Shown in pieces: positions 52,014 to 62,864 of a DNA stretch of 64,000 nucleotides. Source of the stretch: Klebsiella pneumoniae (GTDB lineage: Bacteria; Desulfobacterota; Binatia; UBA12015); the NCBI GenBank assembly GCA_945872365.1, contig CAMBZJ010000004.1, positions 1,196 through 65,195 of the forward strand. The letters run 5' to 3'. Every line of letters begins with the position of its first letter. The stretch's first letter is position 1. The translations under genes were made by a program, and so were the position numbers. Below the pieces are notes generated by a model, which saw only the letters and a list, made by a program, of their open reading frames with translations, had not been told where the DNA came from and ran no database searches.

Positions 52014-52955
52014 ATGCGGCGGTTCGCCTTTCTCTGCCCCGGCCAGGGGTCTCAGCACGTCGGCATGGGGCGTGATCTGGCCGAGGCGTTTTCCACCGCG
52101 CGCCGGGTCTTCGAGGAGGTCGACCAGGCGCTTGGCGAGTCGCTCTCGCAGTGCTGTTTCGCGGGTCCGGAGGATCGACTCACGCTGACCGAGAATTGCC
52201 AGCCAGCGCTGCTCGCGGTGTCGGTCGCGATCGGCCGGACGCTGGTCGTGGAGGGTGGGCGTCGCGCCTCCATCGCCGCCGGCCACAGCCTAGGCGAGTG
52301 GTCGGCGCTGGTGCTCGCCGACGCGATCGGGCTTGCCGATGCCGCACGTGCGGTGCGGGCGCGCGGTCGCTTCATGCAGGAAGCGGTCGCGCCGGGCGTC
52401 GGGGCGATGTCGGCCCTGCTCGGTGCCGATCTCGCGACCGTGCAGCAGTTTTGCGACGCGGCCTCGGACGAGGCGACGGGCGAGGTCGTGGTCCCGGCCA
52501 ACCTGAACGGAGCCGGCCAGATCGCGGTCGCAGGTCATGCGGTCGCGGTCGCGCGGCTCGAAACCCTCGCGCGAGAGGGCAAGGTGCGGGCGATGCGGCT
52601 CCGGGTGAGCGCGCCGTTTCATAGCCCCCTCATGCGACCCGCGCGCGACCGCATGGAATCGGTCCTCGCCGCGATCGCCCTGCGCGACCCGACGCCGCCG
52701 GTCGTGAGCAACGTCGATGGCCGGGTCTACGGCGGAGGGGCCGCGATCGCCGGGGGGCTCGTCGCGCAGATCACGGCCCCGGTGCGCTGGGAGGCCTGTG
52801 CGGGCACCGTGGCCGCCGCCTGCGAGTTCGCGGTCGAAGTCGGTCCGGGAAGGGTCTTGAGCGGACTCATGAAGCGGATCGCGCCGGGCACGCCATGCGT
52901 CGCCACGGGCGACGTGGCGGGACTCCGCGCGGCCCTCGCGGAGATCGCGGCATGA
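52014..52955 (+). CDS. fabD: Malonyl CoA-ACP transacylase
   Basis: FLCPGQGSQHVGMG...AGHSLGEWSALV (GHSLG active site)... Confidence 0.9.
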   Translation: MRRFAFLCPGQGSQHVGMGRDLAEAFSTARRVFEEVDQALGESLSQCCFAGPEDRLTLTENCQPALLAVSVAIGRTLVVEGGRRASIAAGHSLGEWSALVLADAIGLADAARAVRARGRFMQEAVAPGVGAMSALLGADLATVQQFCDAASDEATGEVVVPANLNGAGQIAVAGHAVAVARLETLAREGKVRAMRLRVSAPFHSPLMRPARDRMESVLAAIALRDPTPPVVSNVDGRVYGGGAAIAGGLVAQITAPVRWEACAGTVAAACEFAVEVGPGRVLSGLMKRIAPGTPCVATGDVAGLRAALAEIAA

Positions 52956-53716
52956 GCGGGCTGCGACCGGATGCTCCGTTCGCGGGCCGCACGGCCCTCG
53001 TGACCGGTGCCTCGCGCGGCATCGGACGCGCGATCGCACACGAACTCGCCCGCCGGGGCGCGCACGTCGGGGTCAACTACCGCGCGAACGCCGAAGCCGC
53101 CGAGAGTTGCCTTGCCTCGATCTCGGCCGAGGGCGGCTCCGCCGAACTGCTGCCCTTCGACGTCGCCGACGGCCCTTCGGTCGCCTCGGCGATCGGGGAC
53201 TTCGCCGATCGCCGAGGCCGGCTCGACATCCTGGTGAACAATGCGGGCATCGCGCTCGACGGCCTCCTCCTGCGCTACAAGGAGGATGACTGGCAGCGCA
53301 TCGTGGGCGTCAATCTCGGCGGCGTATTCCACTGCTGCAAGACCGCCGCACGCTCGATGGTGAAGGCGCGGTCGGGCCGAATCGTCAACCTTACCTCGGT
53401 CGTGAGCGCGATTGGCAACGCCGGCCAGGGCCCCTATGCGGCGACCAAGGCGGGCGTGGAGGGCCTCACGCGCTCGCTCGCCCGCGAACTCGCATCCCGC
53501 TCGATCACGGTGAATGCGGTCGCCCCGGGCTTCATCGACACCGAGATGACGTCCGCGCTTTCCGAGCAGGTGCGCGCGGCCTACGTCGGATCGGTGCCGC
53601 TCGGACGCCTCGGCACCTCGGACGAGGTGGCCGCGGCGGTCGCCTTCCTCTGCGGCCCCGACGCAGGCTACGTGACCGGGCAGGTTCTGGCGGTGAACGG
53701 CGGCCTGTACATGTGA
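52952..53716 (+). CDS. fabG: 3-oxoacyl-ACP reductase
   Basis: ALVTGASRGIGRAIA...NNAG...YAATKAGVEGLTRSLARELASRSITVNAVAPGFIDTEMT. ATGA overlap with fabD. Confidence 0.9.
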   Translation: MSGLRPDAPFAGRTALVTGASRGIGRAIAHELARRGAHVGVNYRANAEAAESCLASISAEGGSAELLPFDVADGPSVASAIGDFADRRGRLDILVNNAGIALDGLLLRYKEDDWQRIVGVNLGGVFHCCKTAARSMVKARSGRIVNLTSVVSAIGNAGQGPYAATKAGVEGLTRSLARELASRSITVNAVAPGFIDTEMTSALSEQVRAAYVGSVPLGRLGTSDEVAAAVAFLCGPDAGYVTGQVLAVNGGLYM

Positions 53717-53786
53717 AGCGGCGGTCTGGCAGTCTTCCTGCCGGTAGGGTAATCGGACCACAACATCGAGGGCCGGGAGGGTCAGT

Positions 53787-54026
53787 ATGGCGGCATCGGA
53801 CGTGGAGACGAAGGTCAGGGAGATCGTCTGCGAGCAACTCGGAGTAACCGAGGAAGAAGTCTCGCCGAGCGCGGCCTTCATCGAAGACCTGGGTGCTGAC
53901 TCGCTCGACATCGTCGAGTTGGTGATGGCGCTCGAAGAGGAGTACGACCTCGAGATCTCCGACGAGGAGGCGGAAAAGATCCGCACCGTTGGGGACGTGG
54001 TCGCCTACATCGAAAGCCACAAGTGA
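53787..54026 (+). CDS. acpP: Acyl carrier protein
   Basis: [31 protein letters not shown] has the phosphopantetheine Ser in DSLD. Confidence 0.9.
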   Translation: MAASDVETKVREIVCEQLGVTEEEVSPSAAFIEDLGADSLDIVELVMALEEEYDLEISDEEAEKIRTVGDVVAYIESHK

Positions 54027-55273
54027 AGGCGATCGATCGCTCCCTGTCGGCGGTCGATCCGGACGTCGCCGCGGCGATCGCCCGTGAGGCTCGACGGCAG
54101 GAGGACAACCTCGAACTCATCCCCTCGGAGAACGCGGCGAGTCGCGCGATCCTCGAGGCGCAGGGCTCGGTCCTCACCAACAAGTACGCGGAAGGCTATC
54201 CGGGCAAGCGGTACTACGGCGGCTGCGAGCACGTCGACGTCGTCGAGGAGATCGCCATTGCGCGGGCGAAGCAGCTCTTCGGCGCGGAGTACGCCAACGT
54301 GCAGCCGCACTCTGGGTCCTCGGCCAATATCGCCGTCTACTTGTCCCAGTTGCAGCCCGGCGACACGATTCTGGCGATGGACCTCTCGCACGGCGGCCAC
54401 CTGACGCACGGGAGCCCGGTCAACGTGTCGGGGAAGTTCTTCAAGATCGTCTCCTACGGCGTGCGTCGCGAGGACGAACTGATCGACGAAGAAGCGGTCC
54501 TGCGGCTCGCCCGCGAGCACCGGCCCAAGATGATCGTCGCCGGTCACAGCGCCTACTCGAGGGTGCTCGATTTCGCGATGTTCCGCCGTGCGGCGGATTC
54601 GTGCGGCGCGAAGTTGCTCGTGGACATGGCCCACTTCGCGGGTCTGGTCGCGGCGGGCGTGCATCCGTCGCCGGTCCCGTTCGCTGAATTCATCACCTCG
54701 ACCACCCACAAGACCCTGCGCGGTCCGCGCGGCGGCATCATCCTCGCCCGGGAGAGCGAGTCCAAGGCGATCGCGAGTTCGATCTTCCCGGGCAGCCAGG
54801 GTGGGCCGCTCATGCACGTCATCGCCGGCAAGGCGGTCGCCTTCCTCGAGGCGCAGGGCGAGGAGTTCAAGGCCTACCAGAGGCAGGTCGTCGCCAATGC
54901 CCGGGCGCTCGCCGACGGCCTTACCCGGCGCGGGTTCCGCATCGTCTCGGGCGGCACCGACAACCACCTCCTGCTCCTCGACCTGCGTGCGACCGAGATC
55001 ACCGGCCGGGCGGCCCAGGAGTCGCTCGACCTCGCGCGCATCACGGCGAACAAGAACACAGTACCCTTCGAGACGCGCTCGCCGTTCGTGACCAGCGGGC
55101 TCCGGATGGGCACGCCGACGGTCACCACCCGCGGCATGCGCGAACCGGAGATGGACATGGTCGCGGATCTCGTCTCCCGCGCGCTCTCCCGGATCGGCGA
55201 TGCGACCGCGTTGTCGGCGATCGGCGAGGAGGTCACGGCTCTCTGCCGAAACTTCCCGCTCTATGCGGCCTGA
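54023..55273 (+). CDS. glyA: Serine hydroxymethyltransferase
   Basis: [41 protein letters not shown]...[16 protein letters not shown] start overlapping the acpP stop. Confidence 0.9.
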   Translation: MKAIDRSLSAVDPDVAAAIAREARRQEDNLELIPSENAASRAILEAQGSVLTNKYAEGYPGKRYYGGCEHVDVVEEIAIARAKQLFGAEYANVQPHSGSSANIAVYLSQLQPGDTILAMDLSHGGHLTHGSPVNVSGKFFKIVSYGVRREDELIDEEAVLRLAREHRPKMIVAGHSAYSRVLDFAMFRRAADSCGAKLLVDMAHFAGLVAAGVHPSPVPFAEFITSTTHKTLRGPRGGIILARESESKAIASSIFPGSQGGPLMHVIAGKAVAFLEAQGEEFKAYQRQVVANARALADGLTRRGFRIVSGGTDNHLLLLDLRATEITGRAAQESLDLARITANKNTVPFETRSPFVTSGLRMGTPTVTTRGMREPEMDMVADLVSRALSRIGDATALSAIGEEVTALCRNFPLYAA

Positions 55274-55282
55274 GGCACGACC

Positions 55283-55813
55283 TTGAAGTGCCCCGCCTGC
55301 CGGGAGACCGAGAACCACGTGGTCGATTCCCGGCTCGGCAAGGACGGCGACGTGATCCGTCGGCGACGCGAGTGCGAGCGCTGCGGGCGGCGCTTCACGA
55401 CCTACGAGCGCATCGAGGACTACCTCCCGTCGGTCATCAAGAAGGACGGGCGCCGCGAGGCCTTCGACCGCATGAAGGTCATGGCCGGCATGCGACGGGC
55501 CTGCGAGAAGCGTCCGGTGAGCATCGAGGCTCTCGAGGAACGGCTCGATGCGATCGAGCGCAAGATCCTCGAGTCGGGCGACCGGGAGGTGGCGAGTTCG
55601 CTCGTCGGCGAGGAGGTCTGTCGTGCCCTCCACGAACTCGACGAGGTCGCCTACGTGCGCTTCGCTTCGGTCTATCGCTCGTTCCAGGACATCGGTGAGT
55701 TCATGTCGGAGTTGCAGGACCTGCTCGCGGAGCGCAAAGGGAAGTCGCCGAAGAAGGGCGTGCGCAACGGCCCCGGCCCGGGATCCGGTCCCGCGCCGCG
55801 CGGCCCGGCGTGA
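55283..55813 (+). CDS. nrdR: Transcriptional repressor NrdR
   Basis: [45 protein letters not shown] zinc ribbon plus ATP-cone. TTG start. Confidence 0.9.
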   Translation: MKCPACRETENHVVDSRLGKDGDVIRRRRECERCGRRFTTYERIEDYLPSVIKKDGRREAFDRMKVMAGMRRACEKRPVSIEALEERLDAIERKILESGDREVASSLVGEEVCRALHELDEVAYVRFASVYRSFQDIGEFMSELQDLLAERKGKSPKKGVRNGPGPGSGPAPRGPA

Positions 55814-55832
55814 GGTCGATCCCGTCGGAGCC

Positions 55833-56990
55833 ATGGCGACGGGCGGCGAGCGAGCGTTGAGCGCCGCGGACGAGCGCGATTGCGGGTTCCTGCGGCGGGC
55901 GCTCGAGGTCGGCCGCCGCGGACTCGGCCGTACTTCGCCCAACCCCCCTGTCGGCGCCGTCATCGTGCGCGGCGGGCGGGTCGTCGGCGAAGGCTGGCAT
56001 CGCCGTGCGGGTGGGCCCCACGCCGAGGTCGAGGCCCTGCGCGCCGCGGGTGGCCGCGCCCGCGGCGCGACACTGTACTGCACGCTCGAGCCCTGTTCTC
56101 ACGAGGGGCGGACCCCGCCCTGTGCGCCGGCGGTGGTCGAGGCCGGCATTGCGCGGGTGGTCGTCGGGGCGATCGACCCGAATCCGCGGGTGCGAGGCCG
56201 TGGAGTGCGAATCCTGCGCGCTGGTGGTCTCGACGTCGTCCTCGGCGTCGAGACCGAGGCGTCGCGCGACCTGATCCGGTACTTCGCCCATTTCCAGCGC
56301 CTCCACCGTCCGTTCGTGCGGCTCAAGCTCGCGGCCTCGCTCGACGGCCGGATCGCGACCGCGACGGGACAGGCACGCTGGATTACCGGGGCCCCCGCAC
56401 GCGCCTTGGTGCACCGTTGGCGCGACGAACTCGACGGAATCCTCGTCGGCATCGGAACCGTACTGGCCGACGACCCGGCCCTGACCTGTCGTCGGAGAGG
56501 CGGTCGCGACCCGGTGCGGATCGTCCTCGACGCCAGCCTGCGCCTGCCGCCCTCGGCGAGACTTCTCGCCGAGGGGCGCTCCCCGGTCTGGATCGCGACC
56601 CGCGAGGGGTACGATCGCCGGCGGGCCTCCCGCCTCGAGCGGTGTGGTGCGCGGATCCTGGAAGTCCCGGCGGCTGGTGGCCGACTCGACCTCGCGGCAG
56701 TCCTGCGCCGCCTCGGCGAGGCGGGGCTCCTGTCGGTCCTGGTCGAGGGCGGAAGTCGAGTCGCGGCGGGTTTCCTCGCCGGCGGGCTCGTCGACGAGTG
56801 CTGCCTCTTCCTGTCACCGATCCTGATCGGTGGCGACGGGGTCCCGATGATCGGTCCGCTCGGGACGCGCATGATCGCCGATGCGCCCCGGCTGCGGATC
56901 GACCGGTTCGAAGCCGTCGGCCGGGACTGGCTCGCGGTGGCGCGGCCGGCGAGCCGAATGCCGCGCGGATCGGTAAGGAGTGAGCGATGA
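55833..56990 (+). CDS. ribD: Bifunctional riboflavin biosynthesis deaminase/reductase
   Basis: [33 protein letters not shown]...[11 protein letters not shown] (CDA zinc motif) plus C-terminal reductase domain. Confidence 0.85.
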   Translation: MATGGERALSAADERDCGFLRRALEVGRRGLGRTSPNPPVGAVIVRGGRVVGEGWHRRAGGPHAEVEALRAAGGRARGATLYCTLEPCSHEGRTPPCAPAVVEAGIARVVVGAIDPNPRVRGRGVRILRAGGLDVVLGVETEASRDLIRYFAHFQRLHRPFVRLKLAASLDGRIATATGQARWITGAPARALVHRWRDELDGILVGIGTVLADDPALTCRRRGGRDPVRIVLDASLRLPPSARLLAEGRSPVWIATREGYDRRRASRLERCGARILEVPAAGGRLDLAAVLRRLGEAGLLSVLVEGGSRVAAGFLAGGLVDECCLFLSPILIGGDGVPMIGPLGTRMIADAPRLRIDRFEAVGRDWLAVARPASRMPRGSVRSER

Positions 56991-58234
56991 GTCCGGCCAA
57001 CGACCCCCTGGGTGCCGCGATCGCCGACGTCCGCGCTGGTCGCATGGTCGTGGTCGCCGACGACGCCGAGAATCCCACGCGCGGCGAACTCTGCGTCGCG
57101 GGCGAACTCACCGGTGCCGATGAGATCGGCTTCATGGCCGTCCACGGACGCGGGCTGGTCTGCCTAGCCGTCTTGCCGGCGACGCTACGTCGCCTGGGGA
57201 TTCCGCTGCTCGCTCAGGACCGTTCGGTCGCCGACGGGATTGCCTACGGCACGTCGTTCGAGGCGCGTCGCGGCGTATCGACGGGGATTTCGGCGGCGGA
57301 CCGGGCCGCGACGATCCGCATCGCGATCGACGAGGCGAGCGGTCCGCAGGACCTGTCGATGCCGGGTCACGTCCCGCCGATCCAGGTTCCGCCCGGTGGC
57401 GTGATCGATCGGCCCGGGGTCATGGAGGCGGCGCTCGACGTGGTGCGGCTGGCGGGGCTGCTTCCGGCCGCAACCGTTTGCACCGTTCTCGACGAGTCGG
57501 GTGACGTCGCCCGCGGCGCATGGCTTCTCGATTTCGCCGCCCGCCACGCAATGCGGCTCGTCACGATCGAGCAGGTGCTCCTCCACCGCCTGCGCAACGA
57601 AGTGCTGGTCGAGCGCATGGCGGAAACCGACCTGCGGAGCGAACGCGGCGGGCCGTGCCGCGCGATCGCCTACCGCAACCGCGTCGACCAGAGCGAACAT
57701 CTCGCGCTGGTGCGCGGCGACGTATCGCTAGGCGACCCGGTGCTCGTCCGGGTGCACTCGCAATGCCTCACCGGCGACGTGCTCGGGTCCCGGCGCTGCG
57801 ACTGCGGCGAACAGCTCGAATCGGCGCTCCACGCGATCGATCGCGCCGGACGCGGCGTGCTCGTCTACCTCCACCAAGAGGGACGGGGCATCGGGCTCGC
57901 GAACAAGATCCGGGCCTATGCGCTTCAGGACGGTGGTCTCGACACCGTGGAGGCGAACCTGAAACTCGGCTTCAAGGACGACCCGCGTGACTACGGGATC
58001 AGCGCCCAGATCCTGCGCGACCTCGGGGTTGCCCGGATCCGCCTGCTCACGAACAATGCGCGCAAGATCGAGGGACTCGCACGCTACGGCATCGAGGTCG
58101 TCGAGCGCGTCTCGATCGAGGCGAAGCCGCATGCCGGCAATATCGGCTACCTACGGACCAAGCAGGTGAAACTCGGCCACCTGCTGTCGGGACTGGAGAA
58201 CGGCCGCGAGAAGGGGGGCGACCACGGTGCGTGA
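56987..58234 (+). CDS. ribBA: Bifunctional 3,4-dihydroxy-2-butanone-4-phosphate synthase / GTP cyclohydrolase II
   Basis: DHBP synthase half ([20 protein letters not shown]...) and GCHII half ([22 protein letters not shown]...[22 protein letters not shown]). Confidence 0.9.
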   Translation: MSPANDPLGAAIADVRAGRMVVVADDAENPTRGELCVAGELTGADEIGFMAVHGRGLVCLAVLPATLRRLGIPLLAQDRSVADGIAYGTSFEARRGVSTGISAADRAATIRIAIDEASGPQDLSMPGHVPPIQVPPGGVIDRPGVMEAALDVVRLAGLLPAATVCTVLDESGDVARGAWLLDFAARHAMRLVTIEQVLLHRLRNEVLVERMAETDLRSERGGPCRAIAYRNRVDQSEHLALVRGDVSLGDPVLVRVHSQCLTGDVLGSRRCDCGEQLESALHAIDRAGRGVLVYLHQEGRGIGLANKIRAYALQDGGLDTVEANLKLGFKDDPRDYGISAQILRDLGVARIRLLTNNARKIEGLARYGIEVVERVSIEAKPHAGNIGYLRTKQVKLGHLLSGLENGREKGGDHGA

Positions 58235-58697
58235 GTTCCAGGGGGATCCGCTTGGTTCGGGCCGGCGCGTTGCCGTGGTGGTGTCGCGTTTCAACCGGGC
58301 CGTGACCGGCGCGCTCCTCGACGGTGCGGTCGAAGGTCTGCAGGCTCACGGCGTGCGCCCCGACGACATCGACGTCGTCCACGTGCCGGGTGCGTTCGAG
58401 ATCACCGTTGCGGCCGAGCACTGCGCGGCCTCGGGTCGCTATGGCGCAATCGTCTGCATCGGCGCGGTGGTGCGCGGCGAGACACCCCACTTCGAGTTCA
58501 TCGCGCGCGAGGTCAGCCGCGGCGTGAACGAGGTCGCCTGCCGCCACCGCATCCCGGTCGCCTTCGGCGTCCTCACGACCGACAACCTGGAGCAGGCGCT
58601 CGCGCGCTCCGGCAGCGGACACGGCAACAAGGGCTACGAGGCGGCGGTGACGGCGCTGGAGATGGCGGACCTGATCGAACGCCTGGCCAGGGCCTGA
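58227..58697 (+). CDS. ribH: 6,7-dimethyl-8-ribityllumazine synthase
   Basis: [21 protein letters not shown]...VHVPGAFEI...[17 protein letters not shown]...HGNKGYEAA. Confidence 0.9.
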   Translation: MREFQGDPLGSGRRVAVVVSRFNRAVTGALLDGAVEGLQAHGVRPDDIDVVHVPGAFEITVAAEHCAASGRYGAIVCIGAVVRGETPHFEFIAREVSRGVNEVACRHRIPVAFGVLTTDNLEQALARSGSGHGNKGYEAAVTALEMADLIERLARA

Positions 58698-58708
58698 GCC
58701 GTCCGCAG

Positions 58709-59383
58709 ATGGCATCCGACAAGCGGTGGCGGCACCAGGCCCGCGTGCTCGCCGTTCAGGCGCTCTACCAGGTGGAACTCGCCGGCGTGCCTCCGGCCCA
58801 GGCGGTACGCACCGCCGCGCGGCTCGCGAATCCCGACGGTCGCGACGAAGAGCCCGACTCGAGGCCGCCCTCCGACCCGTCGACCACCCCGGAAGTCGAG
58901 TACGCCGAGACGCTCGCGAGGCTCGCCTGGGGGCGCCGCGCCGAGGTCGATGCGCTGATCGGGGGCACCAGCACGCACTGGAAGGTTTCTCGGCTCGGTC
59001 GCATCGAGACCGAGGTCCTGCGGGTCGCGACGGCCGAGATGTTGCAATCGCCGGAGATTCCGGTCGCGGTGGTGATCGACGAAGCGATTGAACTCGCGCG
59101 CTCGTTCGCGGGCGACGAGGCGGCGCGCTTCGTGAACGGAGTCGTCGACGCGATTGCGAAGGCCTTGGCGGCACAAGGCCGGATCAAGCGGCCCGCGGGC
59201 GGGAAGAGCCCGCTCGGTGTCGCTCTTGCGGCACCCGTCTCGGGGGTTGCCGGGAGCGGATCGGCCGGCCCCGGCAGAGATGCCGACTCGATGGCCGGGG
59301 CCGATGCGATCGTGGCGGGCGATCGGGGCGTGGAAGTGAGGCTGCCCGCTGCGGCCACGACCGGGCCAGGGGAGGGAGCGAGC
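58709..59383 (+). CDS. nusB: Transcription antitermination factor NusB domain (~160 aa) plus ~65-aa low-complexity extension; no stop codon before leuS in the same frame
   Basis: [19 protein letters not shown]...[16 protein letters not shown]...[25 protein letters not shown] is the NusB fold. The frame then continues open ([25 protein letters not shown]...) directly into the leuS coding frame. The track reports one 1129-aa ORF 58709..62098. Confidence 0.7.
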
Positions 59384-62098
59384 GTGACCGACGGATCGGG
59401 CAAGCGGGAGGAGGGCGGCGCACACGGTGGACCGCGGTTCGATCCCGGTATCGAACCGCGCTGGCGGGATTTCTGGGCGCGTGAGCGCATCTTCGAGGCC
59501 GGACGCCGCCCCGATGCTCCGCGACGCTACATCCTCGAGATGTTCCCGTATCCGAGCGGCGACCTGCACATCGGCCACGGCAAGAACTACTTCATCGGCG
59601 ACAGCCTGACGCGCTACTGGGTCATGCGGGGGTGCGACGTCCTCCACCCCTTCGGATGGGACGCCTTCGGGCTTCCCGCCGAGAATGCCGCGATCAAGAC
59701 CGGGACTCCGCCGCGCGCTTGGACGATGCGCAACATCGCGGAGTCCAAGCGCTCCCTCGACCTCGCCGGCATCATGTACGACTGGTCGCGCGAGGTTACG
59801 ACCTGCGAGCCGGACTACTATCGCTGGACGCAGTGGCTCTTCCTCCTGCTCCATCGCCGCGGTCTCGCCTACCGCGCCAGGGCTACGGTCAACTGGGATC
59901 CGGTCGACCAGACGGTGCTCGCCAACGAGCAGGTGGATGCATCGGGCCGCAGTTGGCGCAGCGGCGCGCTCGTCGAGAAGCGCGAACTCGACCAGTGGTT
60001 CTTCCGCATCACGGACTACGCCGATCGCCTTCTGCGCGACCTCGACAAGCTCGACGCCTGGCCCGAGAAGGTGAAGGCGATGCAGCGCAACTGGATCGGC
60101 CGCAGCGAAGGGGCGGAAGTCGAATTCCGTGTCGAGGGCTCGCAGGCGACGATCACCGTCTTCACGACGCGCCCCGACACGCTCTTTGGCGCGACCTTCC
60201 TCGTTCTCGCCCCGGAACATCCGCTCGTTGCGACGATCTGCAAGCCCGAGTTGCGCGAGAGCGTCGAGGCCTACGTGGCCCAGGCGCGACGCCGCAGCGA
60301 GATCGACCGGCAGTCGACCGACCGGGAGAAGACCGGCGTCGCTCTCGGCGCCCGGTGCACGAACCCGGCCAACGGCGAATCGGTCCCCGTCTGGATCGCC
60401 GACTACGTCCTCGCGGGCTACGGCACCGGGGCGATCATGGCGGTGCCGGCCCACGACGAGCGCGACTTCGCGTTCGCCCGCAGTTTCGCCCTGCCGATCC
60501 GGACGGTCATCGCGGCGCAGTCCGGGACGGCGCCATCGGTCGAGCCGCAGGCGGCTTTCGTCGACGACGGCTTCCTGGTCGGGTCCGGAGAGTTCGACGG
60601 AAGGCCCAACCGCGAGGCGGGCCGCGCGATCGTCGACTGGCTCGCGGAGCGCTCGCTCGGTCGCCCCAAGGTGACCTGGCGCCTGCGCGACTGGCTCGTC
60701 AGCCGACAGCGCTACTGGGGAACCCCGATCCCGATGCTCCACCGGCGGGACGGGAGCGTCATCCCCGTCCCGGTGTCCGATCTCCCGGTCATCCTGCCGG
60801 AGATCGACGACTACCTGCCGCGCGGGCGCTCGCCGCTCGCCTCGAGCGAGAGCTTCGTGCAGGCGAGCGATCCCGAGACCGGCGAACCGGTGCGTCGCGA
60901 CACCGACACGATGGACACGTTCGTCGACTCCTCCTGGTATTTCCTGCGCTATGCCGACGCCCGCAACGACCGCGAGATCTGGTCGGCCGAGGCGATTGAG
61001 CGCTGGATGCCGGTCGACCAGTACATCGGCGGCGTCGAGCACGCGATCCTCCACCTGCTCTATTCGCGTTTCATCACCAAGGTCCTCTACGACGAGGGAC
61101 TCGTGCCCGAGGACGAGCCTTTCCGGCAGCTGTTCACGCAGGGCATGGTGCAGCGGCGCGTGACGAACGCGCTCGAGTGCTCCCCGGACGGTCGCCTGTC
61201 GGCGCCTCCCGATCTCGTGAAGGCGATCGGGTGCCCGGCCGGTCCCCTCGAAGTCGCTGCGATGCGCGCGGCCCTGCGCGAGCGCAGCTGGGATCTCGTC
61301 GAGCGGGGCCCGGTCATGGTCGCCCAGAGCGGTCCGGTCACGATGAGCAAGAGCGCGGGCAACGGCGTCCCGATGGGGCCTTTCGTTCGGGAGCACGGCT
61401 CGGACGTCGCGCGGATCACGATCCTCTTTGCGGGGCCGCCCGAGAGCAACATGGAGTGGACCGACGAGGCGGTCGGGGGCGCGGAGCGATTTCTGAACCG
61501 GATCGCGAGCCTCTTCGGTCGGGATCGTGAGGCGATCGCGGCGCACTTGCGCAGCGCTCCCCGCGACGCCCGCGACGGCCTGATCGGCGCCGCGGCGAGC
61601 CTCGACGAAGCGGGGCAGGGCCTGCGCCGCCGGGTCCATTTGGCGGTACGCAAGGTCACGGCGGATACCGAGGCCTTCGGCTTCAACACGGCGATTGCAG
61701 CACTCATGGAGTTGCTGAACGAGACGCAACGACATCGCAGCGCGGTGGGCGAACCGACGCCGGCCTATGCGGCGACGGCATGGATCTTCTGTCGGCTGCT
61801 CGTACCGTTCGCTCCGCACTTCGCCGAGGAGCTGCACGAATGGTTCGGTGGCGAGGGGTCGGTTCACGACGCCGGCTGGCCGGGCTGGGAGGAGGCGGCG
61901 CTCGAGGAACAGTCGGTCGAGATCGTCGTGCAGGTGAACGGCAAGGTTCGTGATCGGATGACGGTGCCGCGCGCGGCCGGCGAGGCGGAACTGCGTGCCG
62001 TGGCGCTCGCCTCCGAGAAGGTTCGCGAGATCGTCGGCGACACGCCGGTGCGCAAGGTGGTCGTCGTGCCGGGGCGACTCGTGAACCTGGTGCTCTGA
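59384..62098 (+). CDS. leuS: Leucyl-tRNA synthetase (independent start inferred at in-frame GTG with GGGGAGGGA SD; alternatively translated as a NusB fusion)
   Basis: [19 protein letters not shown], class I HIGH motif ([15 protein letters not shown]) and KMSKS ([10 protein letters not shown]). In-frame GTG at 59384 is preceded 6 nt upstream by GGGGAGGGA. Alternative ATG at 59291. Confidence 0.85.
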   Translation: MTDGSGKREEGGAHGGPRFDPGIEPRWRDFWARERIFEAGRRPDAPRRYILEMFPYPSGDLHIGHGKNYFIGDSLTRYWVMRGCDVLHPFGWDAFGLPAENAAIKTGTPPRAWTMRNIAESKRSLDLAGIMYDWSREVTTCEPDYYRWTQWLFLLLHRRGLAYRARATVNWDPVDQTVLANEQVDASGRSWRSGALVEKRELDQWFFRITDYADRLLRDLDKLDAWPEKVKAMQRNWIGRSEGAEVEFRVEGSQATITVFTTRPDTLFGATFLVLAPEHPLVATICKPELRESVEAYVAQARRRSEIDRQSTDREKTGVALGARCTNPANGESVPVWIADYVLAGYGTGAIMAVPAHDERDFAFARSFALPIRTVIAAQSGTAPSVEPQAAFVDDGFLVGSGEFDGRPNREAGRAIVDWLAERSLGRPKVTWRLRDWLVSRQRYWGTPIPMLHRRDGSVIPVPVSDLPVILPEIDDYLPRGRSPLASSESFVQASDPETGEPVRRDTDTMDTFVDSSWYFLRYADARNDREIWSAEAIERWMPVDQYIGGVEHAILHLLYSRFITKVLYDEGLVPEDEPFRQLFTQGMVQRRVTNALECSPDGRLSAPPDLVKAIGCPAGPLEVAAMRAALRERSWDLVERGPVMVAQSGPVTMSKSAGNGVPMGPFVREHGSDVARITILFAGPPESNMEWTDEAVGGAERFLNRIASLFGRDREAIAAHLRSAPRDARDGLIGAAASLDEAGQGLRRRVHLAVRKVTADTEAFGFNTAIAALMELLNETQRHRSAVGEPTPAYAATAWIFCRLLVPFAPHFAEELHEWFGGEGSVHDAGWPGWEEAALEEQSVEIVVQVNGKVRDRMTVPRAAGEAELRAVALASEKVREIVGDTPVRKVVVVPGRLVNLVL

Positions 62099-62703
62099 TG
62101 TCCCTGCTCGGCGGGATCGGCTGGTTGTTCGCGGTGCTCGTCGCCCTCGGCGGCGCGGGCGGCTGCGGCTACCACTTCCCCGGGGAGGGATCGACACTGC
62201 CCGGTGGCGGCGGACGGGTCCAGGTGACGCGCTTCGACAACCGCACGCGCTCGCCCGGGGTCGAGAACGACGTGCTCGAGGGACTCGAGGTCGAAATCGG
62301 GCGGCGCGGCCAGTTCCGCGTCGTCCACGACTCGGCGGAGGCGGATCTGGTCCTCGAGGGCTCGATCACGTCCCTCGAGGTGCGCCCAGTCGCCTTCTCG
62401 AAGAGCGACGAGACGCTCCAGTACGAGACGGTCATGGTGATCGCCGCTTCGCTGCGCGATCCACGCTCGAACTCGGTGGTGTGGCGGATCTCCTCGCTGC
62501 GCGAGACCGATTCGTATGGCGCGGTCTCCCAGACGGTGGTCGCGAGCTCCTCGGCGTTTCTCTCGCAGTCCAACCTGAACGCGAATGACTTGAACCAGCT
62601 GACCGACGTGCAGCTCTCGGAATCGCAGAGGCGCGAGGCGCTCGACCGCGTCGTAGAGAACCTGTCTCGGGATCTCTACAACGCGATCGTGGAGGACTTC
62701 TGA
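62098..62703 (+). CDS. lptE: LPS-assembly lipoprotein LptE
   Basis: Lipobox LGGAGGCGY. Conserved position directly after leuS and before holA. ATG overlaps the leuS stop (TGATG). Confidence 0.75.
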   Translation: MSLLGGIGWLFAVLVALGGAGGCGYHFPGEGSTLPGGGGRVQVTRFDNRTRSPGVENDVLEGLEVEIGRRGQFRVVHDSAEADLVLEGSITSLEVRPVAFSKSDETLQYETVMVIAASLRDPRSNSVVWRISSLRETDSYGAVSQTVVASSSAFLSQSNLNANDLNQLTDVQLSESQRREALDRVVENLSRDLYNAIVEDF

Positions 62704-62864
62704 GCCCCAAGCCTGCACGCGAGCCGGCGGGAGCGCCGGGCGGGCGCCGCTCCGGCGCGCGCGGCGGAGCGGGCGGCACGGGTTCCGAAGGTTCAGGCAA
62801 CGGCGGGAAGGGGGAGGGCGGCGGCTCCGGTGGCAAGCGGCCCTCGAACTCGGCGGTCGTCCTG

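Noticed and set aside
55548-56990. 480-aa plus ORF starting inside nrdR
   Set aside because: Frame artefact. ribD begins at ATG 55833 (MATGGER...) after nrdR ends at 55813, and the upstream 95 codons are an out-of-frame overlap of nrdR.
58634-62197. 1187-aa minus-strand ORF
   Set aside because: Antisense to leuS, which has unmistakable HIGH/KMSKS motifs on the plus strand.
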